A stretch of 64,000 nucleotides of DNA, taken from Heteronotia binoei. Taxonomy: Eukaryota. Under the pieces are notes generated by a model. The model had not been told where the DNA came from. It did no database searches and saw nothing but the letters and a program-made list of their open reading frames with translations. This document shows, in pieces, positions 48,084 through 60,383 of the stretch. Each line of letters opens with the position of its first letter. Positions within the stretch are counted from its first letter, which is position 1. The position numbers and the translations under genes are program-made. The stretch spans positions 182,218,001 through 182,282,000 of the forward strand of contig NC_083225.1 of NCBI RefSeq assembly GCF_032191835.1, written 5' to 3'.

Positions 48084-48253
48084 CAGGGGTGGAATTCTAG
48101 CAGGAGCTCCTTTGCATATTAGGCCACACACCCCTGATGTAGCCAATCCTCCAAGAGCTTACAAGGCTCTTTTTTGTAAGCTCTTGGAGGATTGGCTACA
48201 TCAGGGAGTGTGGCCTAATATGCAAAGGAGCTCCTGTTAGAATTGCACCCCTG
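48084..48253. mobile_element. Near-perfect palindromic hAT MITE (170 bp)
   Basis: Arms of about 78 bp. Perfect TSD ccaattac (48076-48083, 48254-48261). Confidence 0.9.
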
Positions 48254-48517
48254 CCAATTACGTTTTTTTAACATACATTCTAGCAGTTGGTTACTAAGAC
48301 ATCCTAGCCCTTCAGGTAACAGGCATTTACTCATGGCAGGTGACTATTTTTGGTTTATGTCTTCGTCTTCTAACTTCCATATCTTATCTGTGAGGCTAGG
48401 TTGAGAATAGCGTCACCAGGCACTTCTTTATTTTATTGAGTACAGAACGAGATCTGCTTGAAGCAGGCATGCAGATTTTTAACATAACATCTCCTAAATG
48501 ATGTTAGTATCATTTAA

Positions 48518-49773
48518 CAGGGGTGTCAAACTCATTTCTTACAAGGGCCAGATCTGACATAAATGAGACCTTGTTGGGCCAGGCCATGTGTGTACTTCTT
48601 TAAGATTAGATAGCAGAGATATAAACTTTTAAAAGGACACTGACAAACAGGGTTTTTTTTTTTAACTTTAAATAAAACATGCTTAAAACATTAGCCCTTG
48701 TTGGTCTTAAAGGTGCATTCTTTGTATTTCTCCCATGGGATCCAGGGAACTGGGCAAAGGAAGCTCTGGCTCTTTCCCTCCCTCCCCAGGGGACCAGGAG
48801 GGGGAGGAGCCTCAACCAATAGAGAAATTGAGGTTTTGCTCCGTAGCTCCTGTGCGATTGAGCAAGTCTTGAGATGCAGAAGGAAGCGAGAGAGAGAGAG
48901 AAGGAAGCAGTAGACAGCCAGTTGCTCAGGGGCCTGATAGGACTCCTCTGAGGGCCTGAATTGACCCCGGGCCACATGTTTGACACCACTGATGTCTCTT
49001 CTCTCTCTTACCTGGGCTTGGAGCTGTAGCAAGTTAACCTTTGGAAGTTAACCTGTTCACAAGAAGTTAAATGTACCTACATGAATATGTTATGTAAGAT
49101 GCGCTTCTGCTTTAGCAAGTAACATTTATTTCTGTTGTTACCAGTGGAGTCAGACCATCTTTGTAATTTGTTTGAACAGGATTTTCTCTTAAATGAGAAA
49201 TGTGGAAGATCGGGGATACTGTGAAAAGCAGGGGTGTCAAACTCAATCGCTATGAGGGCTGGATCTGATATAAACGAGACTTTGTCGGGCCAGCCCATGT
49301 GTGCCATAAAATGTAATGCCCGGTAGTGGAGATACACACTTTATAAAGGACACTGACAAACACAATTAAAGATTTTTTAAAGAAACTTAAAGCATGTTTA
49401 AGAGATTTAGCACTCTTGCAATATTTTGTTTATTTAACAGCCTCTGAGAACTGACACCTCTTGCTCTGAGGAGCCCCAGCCAACAGAAGGAAGAGAGGTG
49501 GCTCAGTAGCTCTGCTGTGTGATTGAAGGAGCCTGGCAAAGCAAGCTCTCTCTCTCCCCCCCCTTCCTCTCCAAGGGAGGAGCCTCAGCCAGTGGAGAAA
49601 ATAAGAGGCTTTGCTCCATAGCTTCTGCGTGATTGAACAAGACTGGCAAAGCAAGCTGTGATGCAGAAAGAAGCGAGGGAGAAGGAAGCAGATGATAGCT
49701 AATTGCACGGGGGCCTGATAGGATCCCTCCAGGGGCCTGATTTGACCCTCGGGACACATGTTTGACATCCCTG
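48518..49773. mobile_element. Two same-orientation hAT MITEs (CAGGGGTGTCAA family): 48518-48991 and 49229-49773
   Basis: Both have caggggtgtcaaactc starts and tttgaca.c.ctg ends. Confidence 0.8.
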
Positions 49774-50013
49774 ATTTATGACGTTAGCAGAATTCAGGCA
49801 GAGGTCAGGAAGCTGCAACATGCAAAAGTTTTGTTTCAAGTTGCAACAAATGGAGTCGTTTTTGCTTCATTGCTCCATCAAACTTAAAACATTAAAATAT
49901 TATTTTTAAAATAGCTAACGTAGATTTAAACACTGAAGACAAACAACTCAGGGTAAACTGAACATAGTAAAAGTATTTTTCAGGAGCTGCGTTACATTCT
50001 GTATTGCTTAGGC

Positions 50014-50330
50014 CAGGGGTGGCCAAACTTGCTTAACATAAGAGCCACACAGAATAAACATCAGATGTTTCAGAGCCACAAGACATGAATGTCAGATGTT
50101 TGAGAGCTGCAGGGAGGGAGGCAGGATGGCAGATAGATGTGGGGAGGAAGAGGTGGAAAGAAAGCAACTTTAAATGCATTCTCCAAGCTGCTGGCTCGGC
50201 TTGGGGAAGTGGTTTAAAGAAACAAATGCCTTCTCCGTGCTGGCCGATGGGGCAGTGGGGGCTTTGAGAGCCACACAATAGCTGTGAAAGAGCCACATGT
50301 GGTTCCCGAGCCACAGTTTGTCCACGCCTG
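50014..50330. mobile_element. hAT MITE (CAGGGGTGGCCAAAC family)
   Basis: Perfect TSD gcttaggc (50006-50013, 50331-50338). Confidence 0.88.
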
Positions 50331-50467
50331 GCTTAGGCACTGACCTTCCCTCGCCAACTTCTGTGTAAACTTCCTTCCTTGTCCCTGGTTCTCTATCCTG
50401 TGTAGTTACTTGGCTCATCTTCTCCCACTCCTATTCAGCCCTACTAATTTTACTCCAGCAGCAATTC

Positions 50468-51062
50468 ATAGAATCATTGATTCATAGAGTTGGAGGGGAC
50501 CTCCAGGGTCATCTAGTCCAACCCCCTGTACAATGCAGGAAACTCACAAAGACCTCCCCCTAAATCCACAGGATCTGCATTGCTGTCAGATGGCCGTCTA
50601 GCCTCTGTTTAAAAACCTCCAAGGAAGGAGAGCCCAACACCACCTCCCGTGGAAGCCTGTTCCACTGAGGAACTGCTCTAACGGTCAGGAAGTTCTTTCT
50701 AATGTTTGGCCGGAAACTCTTTTGATTTAATTTCAATCCATTGGTTCTGGTGCTACCTTCTGGGGCCACAGAAAACAATTCCACCCCAATCTCTATAGCC
50801 CTTCATGTACTTGAAGATGGTGGTCATATCACCTTTCAGTCACCTCCTCTCCAGGCTAAACATCCCCAGCTCCTTCAGCCTTTCTTCATAGGACTTGGTC
50901 TCCAGACCCCTCACCATCTTCGTTGCCCTCCTCTGGACCCATTCCAGCTTGTCTATATCCTTCTTAAAATGCGGTGCCCCAGACTGAACACAGGACTCCA
51001 GGTGAGGTCTTATCAGAGCAGAGTAAAGCGATACCATCACTTCACGTGATCTGGACACTATG
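50468..51062 (-). mobile_element. CR1 LINE 3' fragment, second subfamily ((CTATGATT)n tail)
   Basis: Minus frames [36 protein letters not shown] and RKNFLTVRAVPQWNRLPREVV. Confidence 0.88.
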
Positions 51063-51811
51063 CATCTGGTGTGTGTGTGGGATCTAACCCTGTTTCCCAC
51101 CCACCCCCAGCTTGCCAGCAAGTCCTGTCTCCTCCGCATCTTTTTTGTACTCTTCTTTCCCCGCCCGATTGGCAGCCGAAGAGGGCAGATGGCTTCGTTC
51201 GGGGGGCGGGGGGGGGGCAGGGCATTGCCCAAGGGCCAGCAGCCGCAGACTCCTACCATCCACCTACTCTCTTTCCCTTTCAGACGCTCACAGCTGACTC
51301 CCGCTTCAAATAACTCCGGCTGCCTTCTGTGAACCTTCCCTGTCTCTGCCTCACCCTCCTCTCTGGCTCTGTTGCCGCATCTCCCTCCCACGCGCAGGTA
51401 TCGCAGCTTGCTCCCTGTCCCCCGTTTTACAAACGCTAAATTCTGCCACACGGTCTCTTGTTGTCAGTCTGACTCAGGCGTGATGTCTCTGTCAATGCTC
51501 CCTCCCCCCCCCCACCCGCCCTCCCTGTTGCCATGTCCCTGCCATCAGGTCACCCCTTGCTTTCGTGTAACGGTCTGATTCGTGACCCAGCCTCCCTCTC
51601 TGACCCGTTCACATTCCCATTTTGCAGATGCACATTTTTGCTTTAAGTAGCCCCCTGACTGGTCCCGTTTTTGCCATCTGGCCCTCCCTGAACTTCAGCG
51701 TTTTCTGCTTTCGCAGCCCTTTGTATGTGTACGTCGGGGCCTCCTTCCTTTTCACAGATCTCCAGCTTGGGCCTCCATCTGGGCCTCTTTCTTCCTTTTC
51801 ACGGATCTCCA

Positions 51812-52080
51812 GGCAGTTTGGTGTAGTGGTTAAGTGCGTGGACTTGTATCTGGGAGAACCGGGTTTGATCCCCCACTCCTCCACTTGCAGCTGCTGGAAT
51901 GGCCTTGGGTCAGCCATAGCTCTCGTAGGAGTTGTCCTTGAAAGGGCAGCTGCTGTGAGAGCTCTCTCAGCTCCACCCACCTCACAGGGTGTCTGTTGTG
52001 GGGGAAGGAGATAAAGGAGATTGTAAGCTGTTCCGAGACTCTGATTCAGACAGAAGAGTGGGGTATAAATCTGCAGTCTC
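51812..52080 (+). mobile_element. Squam3-like SINE
   Basis: Full head-to-tail copy. Confidence 0.8.
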
Positions 52081-52307
52081 CTCCCTCTCTTCCTCCCTCC
52101 CTCCCTCCTCTGCTCCCTCTCCATTCTTTCTAGTTATTCTCAGATTGTTTACCATTCTCAGTTCCTTATATTCTCTTAAATGTGCCTTTAAATCCCAGAA
52201 CATCAGTCCCCTCTTCCTCTTGCGCAGAATCCTCACCTTTGAAAGCATGCCGCCTATCCCTAAAGATGATAATACATAACAATAACAGCAACACTTTCCC
52301 CATGAAG

Positions 52308-52685
52308 GTTTGGAACACTTTCCCTATGAAGAAAGGTTAAAACGCTTGGGGCTCTTTAGCTTGGAGAAACGTCGACTGCGGGGTGACACGATAGAGGTTG
52401 ACAAGATTATGCATGGGATGGAGAAGGTAGAGAAAGAAGTACTTTTCTCCCTTTCTCACAATACAAGAACTCGTGGGCATTCAATGAAATTGCTGAGCAG
52501 TTGGGTTAGAATGGATAAAAGGAGGTACTTCTTCACCCAAAGGGTGATTAACATGTGGAATTCACTGCCACAGGAGGTGGTGGTGGCTACAAGCATAGCC
52601 AGCTTCAAGAGGGGGTTAGATAAAAATATGGAGCAGAGGTCCATCAGTGGCTATTAGCCACAGTGTGTGTGTGTGTGTGTATATA

Positions 52686-52736
<51 letters not shown>

Positions 52737-52817
52737 ATTTTTGGCCACTGTGTGATACAGAGTGTTGGACTGGATGGGCCATTGGCCTGATCCAACATGG
52801 CTTCTCTTATGTTCTTA
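52308..52817 (+). mobile_element. CR1 3' fragment with an internal (TG)n(TA)n microsatellite (about 52663-52735)
   Basis: [26 protein letters not shown]...; the microsatellite sits between tattagccacag and ttggccactgtg. Confidence 0.9.
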
Positions 52818-53084
52818 ACAATAATAATTAATAATAATAATTGCTATCAAGTCACCACTGATTTATGGTGACTCCCATGAAGTCACTGTAAGTTCCACCT
52901 CATGGGGGGGTTTTAAGGCAAGGAATGAGTAGAGGGGGTTATCACTGTTGCCTGGAGGTCAATCATAATTCCAGGAGATCTCAAGGCCCCACCTGGAGGA
53001 TGGCAACCCTAAACCTGATGTCACTGGCAGTGAGGCAGATGTCCTTTGAAGGCTGCCCTCGACCCAGTGAAGGTCTAGTGAAGA

Positions 53085-53358
53085 AGAAGAATTGCAGATT
53101 TATACCCCACCCTTCTCCCTGAATCAGAGACTCAGAGCGGCTTACAATCTCCTATGTCTTTTCCCCCCACAACAGACACCCTGTGAGGTGGGTGGGGCTG
53201 AGAGGGCTCTCACAGCAGCTGCCCTTTCAAGGACAACCTCTGCCAGAGCTATGGCTGACCCAAGGCCATGCTAGCAGGTGCAAGTGGAGGAGTGGGGAAT
53301 CAAACCGGGTTCTCCCAGATAAGAGTCCGCACACTTAACCACTACACCAAACTGGCTC
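53085..53358 (-). mobile_element. Squam3-like SINE
   Basis: Reverse complement of 51812-52080. Confidence 0.8.
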
Positions 53359-53785
53359 TAGCAGCCCCGTCTCCTGCCCACGTACCGATGAGGGATGACC
53401 CTGCTGAGCTTCCATGCTCTGGTAAGCTCAAACTAGTCTAGACTGTACAAGCCACTGTCCATCCTAGATATTCCCTCTCACCAGGGGAGGAATTCTAGTA
53501 GGAGCTCCTTTGCATATTAGGCCACACACCCCTGATATAGCAGTCCTTCAAGAGCTTACAAAAAAGAGCCTTGTAAGCTCTTGGAGGATTGGTTACAATC
53601 TTCCAAGTCTATGATTCTATGGAAGTTTAATCTTCAGGCTATCTCTGCCCGGCATACCATATTACCTGGGTTGGTGTGGGGGGGAACCAAGGTTCTTTAA
53701 TATGAAGGGAGAAAAAAAGGAGAGCAGCAAGCCCTCCCCCCACCCCCATAAAAGATTGCCATTGCAACGTAGAATTATGTATAAC

Positions 53786-53954
53786 CAGGGGTGGAATTCT
53801 ACCAGGAGTTACTCTGCATATTAGGCCACACCCCCTGATGTAGCCAATCCTCCAAGAGCTTACAAAAAAGAGCCTTGTAAGCTCTTGGAGGATTGGCTAC
53901 ATCAGGGGGTGTGGCCTAATATGCAAAGGAGCTGCTGCTACAATTCCACCCCTG
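53786..53954. mobile_element. Palindromic hAT MITE (same family as 48084-48253)
   Basis: TSD tg(t/c)ataac (53778-53785, 53955-53962). A partial copy lies at 53481-53597. Confidence 0.85.
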
Positions 53955-54076
53955 TGCATAACTGTGTTTTAATTGCACCTTTAATACCAACAAAGTATAA
54001 TTCTGGGTTTGAGCTTTTGGGTTTATGCACGCTTAAAGGTGCAACTGGACTCAAACTTTGTTCTGTCGCTTCAGAG

Positions 54077-54952
54077 CAGGGGTGGCCAAACTTGCTTAAC
54101 GTAAGTGCCACCTAGAATAAACATGAGATGTTGGAGAGTCGCAAGGCAAGAGCATCGGATTTTTGAGAGCCACAAGACATGAACGTCAGATGTTTGACAG
54201 CTGGGAGGAAGGCAAATAGATGGGGGGAGGGAGAGGTGGTAAGAAAGCAGCTTTACCTTTAAATGCATTTCCCACGCTGTTGGCTGGCTTGTCTTAAAGA
54301 AGCGATTCAAAGAGAAATGCCTTCTGCAAGCCAGCCGAAGGGCAGTGGGGACTTTGAGAGCCACACGATAGGTGTGAAAGATAGAGTTGCCAATCCACAG
54401 GTGGGGGCAGGGGATCCCCCGGTTTGGAGGCCCTCCCCCCACTTCAGGGTGATCAGAAAGCGGGTGTGTGTATGTGTGTGTGTGTGTAGGAAAATGTCTG
54501 CAGGGCACTCCATTATTCCCTATGGAGACCAGTTTCCATAGGTTATAATGGTGAATTGAACTGCAGGGATCTAGGGCTCTGGGGGGCTGTTTTTTTTAAG
54601 GTAGAGGTATCATATTTTCAGCATAGCATCTGGTGCCGCTCTTCAAAACACTCTCCAAGTTTCAAAAAGATTGGACCAGGGGGTCCGATTCTATGAGTCC
54701 CCAAAGAAGGTACTCCTATCCTTCATTATTTCCAATGGAGGGAAGGCATTTAAAAGGAGTGTTGTCGCTTTAAATGTAATAGCCAGAACGCCCTTTGGAG
54801 TTCAATGATGCTTGTTACAAGCTTGCTCCTGGCTCCACCCCCAATGTCTCTTGGCTCCACCCCCAAAGTCCCCAGATAGTTCTTGAATTGGATTTGGCAA
54901 CCCTGGTGGAAGAGCCAAATGTGGCTCCCGAACCACAGTTTGGCCACCCCTG
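54077..54952. mobile_element. CAGGGGTGGCCAAAC MITE with a nested TAGGGTTGCCA element (54382-54905)
   Basis: Outer TSD cttcaga(g/c), inner TSD gtg(a/g)aaga. Confidence 0.82.
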
Positions 54953-55084
54953 CTTCAGACCAACGCGTCTACCTGCCTCAATCTGCCTTTTAATGTCTTC
55001 CCTTCCTTGCTGACCCTAGTGAGCACAGAGAAGCGGGATATAAATTTTGTAAAATAGGAATCAATAAGTAACTTGTACCTTGAC

Positions 55085-55720
55085 TTCACGTGCGGCAGCT
55101 AAAAAGGCAAATGCAATTTTGGGCTGTATCAACAGAAGTATACCATCACTTGATGTGATGGTATTGCTTTACTCTGCTCTGGTAAGACCTCACCTGGAGT
55201 CTTGTGTTCAGTTTTGGGCACCACATTTTAAGAAGGATATAGGCAAGCTGGAATGGGTCCAGAGGAGGGGCAACGAAGATAGTGAGAGGTCTGGATACAA
55301 AGTCCTATGAGGAAAGGTTGAAAGAGCTGGGCATGTTTAGCCTGGAGAGGAGGCGGCTGAGAGGTGATAGGATCACCAGCTTCAAGTACTTGAAGGGCTG
55401 TCATCTAGAGGATGGTGTGGAATTGTTTTCTGTGGCCCCAGAAGGTAGTACCACAACCAATGGGTTGAAATTAAATCAAAGGAGTTTCCGGCTGAACATT
55501 AGGAAGAACTTCCTGACTGCTAGAGCGATTCCTCAGTGGAACAGGCTTCCTCGGGAGGTGGTGGGCTCTCCTTCCTTGGAGGTTTTTAAACAGAGCCCAG
55601 ATGGCCATCCGACAGCAATGCAGATCCTGTGAATTTAGGGGGACGTCTTTGTGAGTTTCCTGCATTGTTCAAGGGGTTGGACTAGATGACCCTGGAGGTC
55701 CCTTCCAGCTCTATGATTCT
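55085..55720 (+). mobile_element. CR1 LINE 3' fragment, second subfamily
   Basis: [15 protein letters not shown]...[27 protein letters not shown]; ends ctatgattcta. Confidence 0.88.
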
Positions 55721-56883
55721 AGGAGAGAAGACTGAAAGGTGCTCTGATCTCTTGTTTTCAGCATTATAGATGAGAAAGATCTGTCTCTCTCCCCCTCCCC
55801 TTCCCTCTCCCTGCAGAAAAAAAGGGGGACCATGTGAGGTTACAGTGAGGCCGCCCAGCCGCCCTGGCAAGCGGGGGGAACTCTGGACTGACTTCGTGGC
55901 TCGCTCAATGCTCCTTTCATATCCCAGCTTCTCTGCAGACTAACGTTTGGGGGAAGCTCTCTCCGGAACAGACTCCGCTCTTCTTTCACGAGGCAGCTGC
56001 TGCTCGGCAGAACGGAGCACGAGGGAGCAAGAAGGCGGGTGACTTCAACCAACGAACAACGACGGCCTGCCTCGCCAGCCTGCACCGTCCCTTTAATAAT
56101 TCTCTGTCAAGGGAATTGCTTTCAATCCTCTTGGGCTTAATACAACTGAGGATCAGAGAGACATTAAAGGCCATAAGGCTGGGTGGATGGAATAAAAATG
56201 AAAGTGACGGCTGTTTGGGTGACCACGTGAGCCTTGGAAACTGTCTCCCCCCCACCCCCCTTTTCTCTAGTTCACAGAAGACCTTCGCGTGTGTCCGGGC
56301 TGTATCGAACTGGCAAAAGTCACCTGCAGTCGTAGCAAGGAAGTCCCCCGCGGAACGTTTTTTTTTTTGTCTTGCTCCGAAATTTTCTTGGATTGGTTGG
56401 GAACCGGTTTTCAGGTCAGACGCTGTCGGTATGCATAGAAGCGGATTATTAGAACTGCCAAGAGTTGGACTGTGCCTTACTTGTATTTCCTAAAGTCACT
56501 TCACTTCTCAAAAATAAAGCCCTTTGCTGCCGCGAGAGGGATTCTTATACAAATTTGTAGGCTGTTGAATGTTTTCTCTTGTATATTTTTATAGATCGGG
56601 AAATATTTTACAGATCTTTTGACAACCGCTCCTGCAAAAATTCTAAAATTTTCTTCTCCTCCTCTTCTTAATGTTCCACGAGTGTTGTTGGAAAGTTGTT
56701 TTTTTTTCACTGGGCAAGACGGGGAAAATGAAGACACAGAGAGCTCTCTTTCTAAGCTGAACTGTGGAAGGGTGTTGAGTCGGATGACAGATTTCCTGAC
56801 CTCGCAAAGCAGTCCCAGCGGGGGGTTGTGTTGATACCCGGTCAATAAGCGCTTTGCGTCCTACGCCTGAAACAACAGCAGGA

Positions 56884-56902
56884 ATGCCGGTCAAGAAGAA
56901 AG
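56884..56902 (+). CDS. DLG2: DLG2 (PSD-93) first coding exon of the L27-domain isoform, MPVKKK(D)
   Basis: ggaATG CCG GTC AAG AAG AAA G|GTGGG gives 19 coding nt with a phase-1 donor, the same architecture as DLG1 MPVRKQ(D). Position is syntenic with DLG2. The next L27 exon was not found in the window. Confidence 0.7.
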
Positions 56903-58227
56903 GTGGGCTACAACGCTTCCTCTTCTGTTGTTGTTTCGGTTCTGTCTTTCTCATTAAACTGGATTTCCATACATGCAATTTTATATTAAAAGCGTTTCAA
57001 ATGAGAGAATGATATTGTCGGCTTGTTTTTCGTGGAGAGAAGAGAGAAAAAAGCTGAACGTGTTGCCAGTTTGCTTGTGAAAAGAAACGTGCCTTTCAGT
57101 TGACATTGCCTGAGCATGTGGCGGTTCACACGTTTTGTCTCAAATGTTGGGTTCTCCGGAAGTTGTCTCTTGAGATAAAAATGGAGGCTGGGGGGTGGAG
57201 AGGAGAGTTGTGGTTTTCTTTATACCTACAATAATTCTGACGTTAAAAAAAAAAAAGAAAAAAGTTCAGTCTTCGCAGTATTCCAGTGTTGGCATCTTGA
57301 AAGTAAGACTCAGTTCTTTTTTTTAAAAAAATATTTAAAATCAGCATTCAGTTGTCAAAGTCAATAGGTTACAACAAACGTCTTAAGAAATAAAGCTTTT
57401 CAGAGTTGTTAATTCGCTGTTCTCTTAGGTACGTTTCTTTAAAAAGTGTGCTATTCTGTCCTCAGATAGTGGTCTTTTGGCTACCTAAATAAATGGAAAC
57501 TGTGTTTCAAGGGTTCCCCCCCCCTCCAACACCCTGCTTAATAAAACTGCTTACAAAAGCAATGCAGATCTAAATAACCTCTTTTCATTTCCTCTGGAGT
57601 TGGGGAATCTTATCTAGGAGAAATTTATTTTTTTTTAAAAAATCAGTTTTCTCCTCTGTGTTAATGTAGAGGGGGAATGTGTATGTTAGCGAAATGCTAC
57701 TTGATCAGATGGGAGGGTGTCACTGAGAAAAGACTCGCGATGTTGCAGTGGACCAGAGTGGGGGTTTGGAAAAACATCTGTCCCCAGGTAGATTGTAGCC
57801 CCTCCCCTGAATCCCTGGTATAAAAGACCAGGGCACCCCTCAAAGCATAGGTCAGGTTTTTGCTGTCCGCACGATAGCATCCCCAGTGCATTACTTTTTT
57901 TTCCTTGCAGAAACGAACAGCAGCCGCTCACTTGCGTGGGAGCCGTTGAAGGGTGTCCCAGGAACAACGCTGGGATTGGGTTTGCGTGTAGATCTGTATC
58001 TCCCTCCTCTTCCCCGTGACCGCCCCCCCGTCATTGAAAATCAATCCTGATCTTAGTGGCCTTGCTCCGAGTTCTTTTTATTGGTCGTACTGCAGTGACA
58101 TCTTTGTGTGTGTTTGGTTAACTTCTTTTGGGGTTCTGCTTTCAGGAAAGGTAGCTAGCGTTCGTTAAGGAGCAACACTGTGGAGGAAGCAGGGGCACTG
58201 ATGCTATTGCTTACCAGTAGCTGTGAT

Positions 58228-59948
58228 CAATGTTCCCTCTAAGCCAGGGGTGTCGAACTCATTTTGTTATGAGGGCCGAATCGGAGATAAAAAAGACCTT
58301 GTTGGGCCAGGCCATGTCGGGCTGGGCCGCGTGTGTTCCTATTTAAAATTAGGTAGCAGAGACAGAACTTTATAAAAGACACAGACAAACACAATTAAAG
58401 ATTTTTGAAAAACAAACTTAAAACTTGTTTACAACATTAGCACTCATTGGTCTTAAAGGTGTTTTTTTTGTATTTCTCCCATGGGATCCAGGGAACTGGG
58501 CAAAGGAGGCTTTCCTTCCTTTCCCAGGGGACCAGCAGAGAGAGGAGCCTCAGCCGATAGAAGGAAGAGAAGCTTGGCTCAGTTCTGCTGTGCGACTGAG
58601 ACAGCCTGGCAAAGCAAGCTATCCCTCCCCCCTTCCTCCCCAAGGGAGGAGCCTCATCCAATGGAAAAAATGGAGGTTTTGCTCTGTGCAATTGAGCAAG
58701 CCTTGAAAAGGCTTGAGCTCCTGTGCAATGGAGCAAGCCTTGAAAAGCAAGCTGTGATGCGGAAGGAAGCAAAAGAGAGGGAGAAGGAAGCAGATGACAG
58801 TCAGTTGCTCGGGGGCCTGATAGGAGCCCCCCCGGGGGGCCTGATTTGGCCCCCAGGCTGCATGTTTGACACCTCTGCTCTAAGCTAATAAGTTTAAAAT
58901 GTTTTTTTATTGTATTTTATTGTTTTATCGTATGCTGTACTCCGCCCTGAGCTCTACAGGGAATGGGCGGAACAGAAATATACTAAAAGAAAATAAAATA
59001 AGCTGCAGAATCTTGTGAGCAAAAATTCTACTTTGTGAGCTACTGGCATTAAAGTTGTGAGCTGCTGCATCAATTACATAAAATCAGGACCGCCTTTCCC
59101 CACACGAGCCCCCGGAGAGCACTACGATCAAGCGCGTTAAATCTGATAAAGATCCCCGAGCTAAAGGAAGCCCGTTTGACCACCACAAGGGCGAGAGCCT
59201 TTTCCGTGGCTGCCCCTGCCCTCTAAAATGCCCTCCCCGAGGAGACCGGGCCCTGCGGGATTTATCACAATTCCACAGGGCCTGTAAGACATATGTGTTC
59301 AGGCAGGCTTTTAATAACTAGATGGAGGTGCTTTAACACCTACGGGGGTGTGTTCTATCTACCCCACAGGATCATCACAAATTAATCCAAAACAGACAAC
59401 GCCATCTGAACTGTATTCAAACTTTTAATATTTTAATGTCTTAATAGTGTTTTATTGTTATAATGTGAATCTGTCATCGAATTGTGACTGTTGTTAGCCG
59501 CCCTGAGCCCGTCTGGAGAGGACAGGACATAAGTGCAATAAGTAAAATAAATAAATAAATACCGTGCTCTGAGAGCCAGTTTGGTGTACTGGTTAAGTGT
59601 GCGGATGCTTACCTGAGAGAACCGGGTTTGATTCCCCACTCCTCCACTTGCACCCGCTAGCATGGCCTTGGGTCAGCCATAGCTCTGGCAGAGGTTGTCC
59701 TTGAAAGGACAGCTTCTGTGAGAGCTCTCTCAGCTCCACCCACCTCACAGGGTGTCTGTTGTGGGGGAGGAAGATAAAGGAGATTGTGAGCCGCTCTGAG
59801 ACTCTTCAGAGTGGAGGGCGGGATATAAATCCAATATCTTCTTCATCTTCTCTGGGATCATCCTTCCTGAGCTAAGACAAAAATGTGTGAGCTGGAGGCT
59901 AAAAATCTGTGAGCTAGCTCATGCTAACTCAGCTTAGAGGGAACACTG
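58228..59948. mobile_element. CAGTGTTCCCTCTA hAT MITE expanded by nested insertions
   Basis: Perfect outer TSD gctgtgat (58220-58227, 59949-59956). Contains a hAT MITE 58245-58877 (TSD ctctaagc), L2-type 3' pieces at about 58887-59000 and 59075-59560, and a Squam3-like SINE at 59574-59850. Confidence 0.85.
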
Positions 59949-60139
59949 GCTGTGATGAAATATCAATTGCCATCATACACACACCACTTTCACTAACGGT
60001 ATTTATCTTTCCAGAAGAGTGAATTCAAAATCAGGTGAATTAGAAGCACTAGGCTAAGTTGCAGGGAGGACCGTAGCTCAACAGTAGACTGCAGATTGTA
60101 TGAAAAGGGTCCCGAGTTTAACCTCTGACACCAGGGTAA

Positions 60140-60383
60140 GCTGCAGTACTGCAGTCCAAGCTCTGTTCACTACCTGAGTTCAATCTCGGCGGAAGCTGGG
60201 TTCAGGTAGCCGGCTCAAGGTTGACTCCGCCTTCCATCCTTCCGAGGTCGGTAAAATGAGTTCCCAGCTTGCTGGGGGTCAAGTGTAGAGGACTGGGGAA
60301 AGCAATGGCAAACTACCCCACGACGTCAACCCAGAGTCAGAAACGAATGGTGCTTGCACAGAGGGGGGACTACCTTTACCTTT
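60140..60383 (+). mobile_element. Sauria SINE, 5'-truncated
   Basis: gctgcagtactgcagtcc...ggggggactacctttaccttt. Confidence 0.8.

Noticed and set aside
57911-58050. Strong acceptor (ttttttttccttgcAG) as the next DLG2 coding exon
   Set aside because: The phase-1 translation ETNSSRSLAWEPLKG... does not resemble an L27 domain and reaches a stop. It could be a cryptic or non-coding exon, but I have no support.
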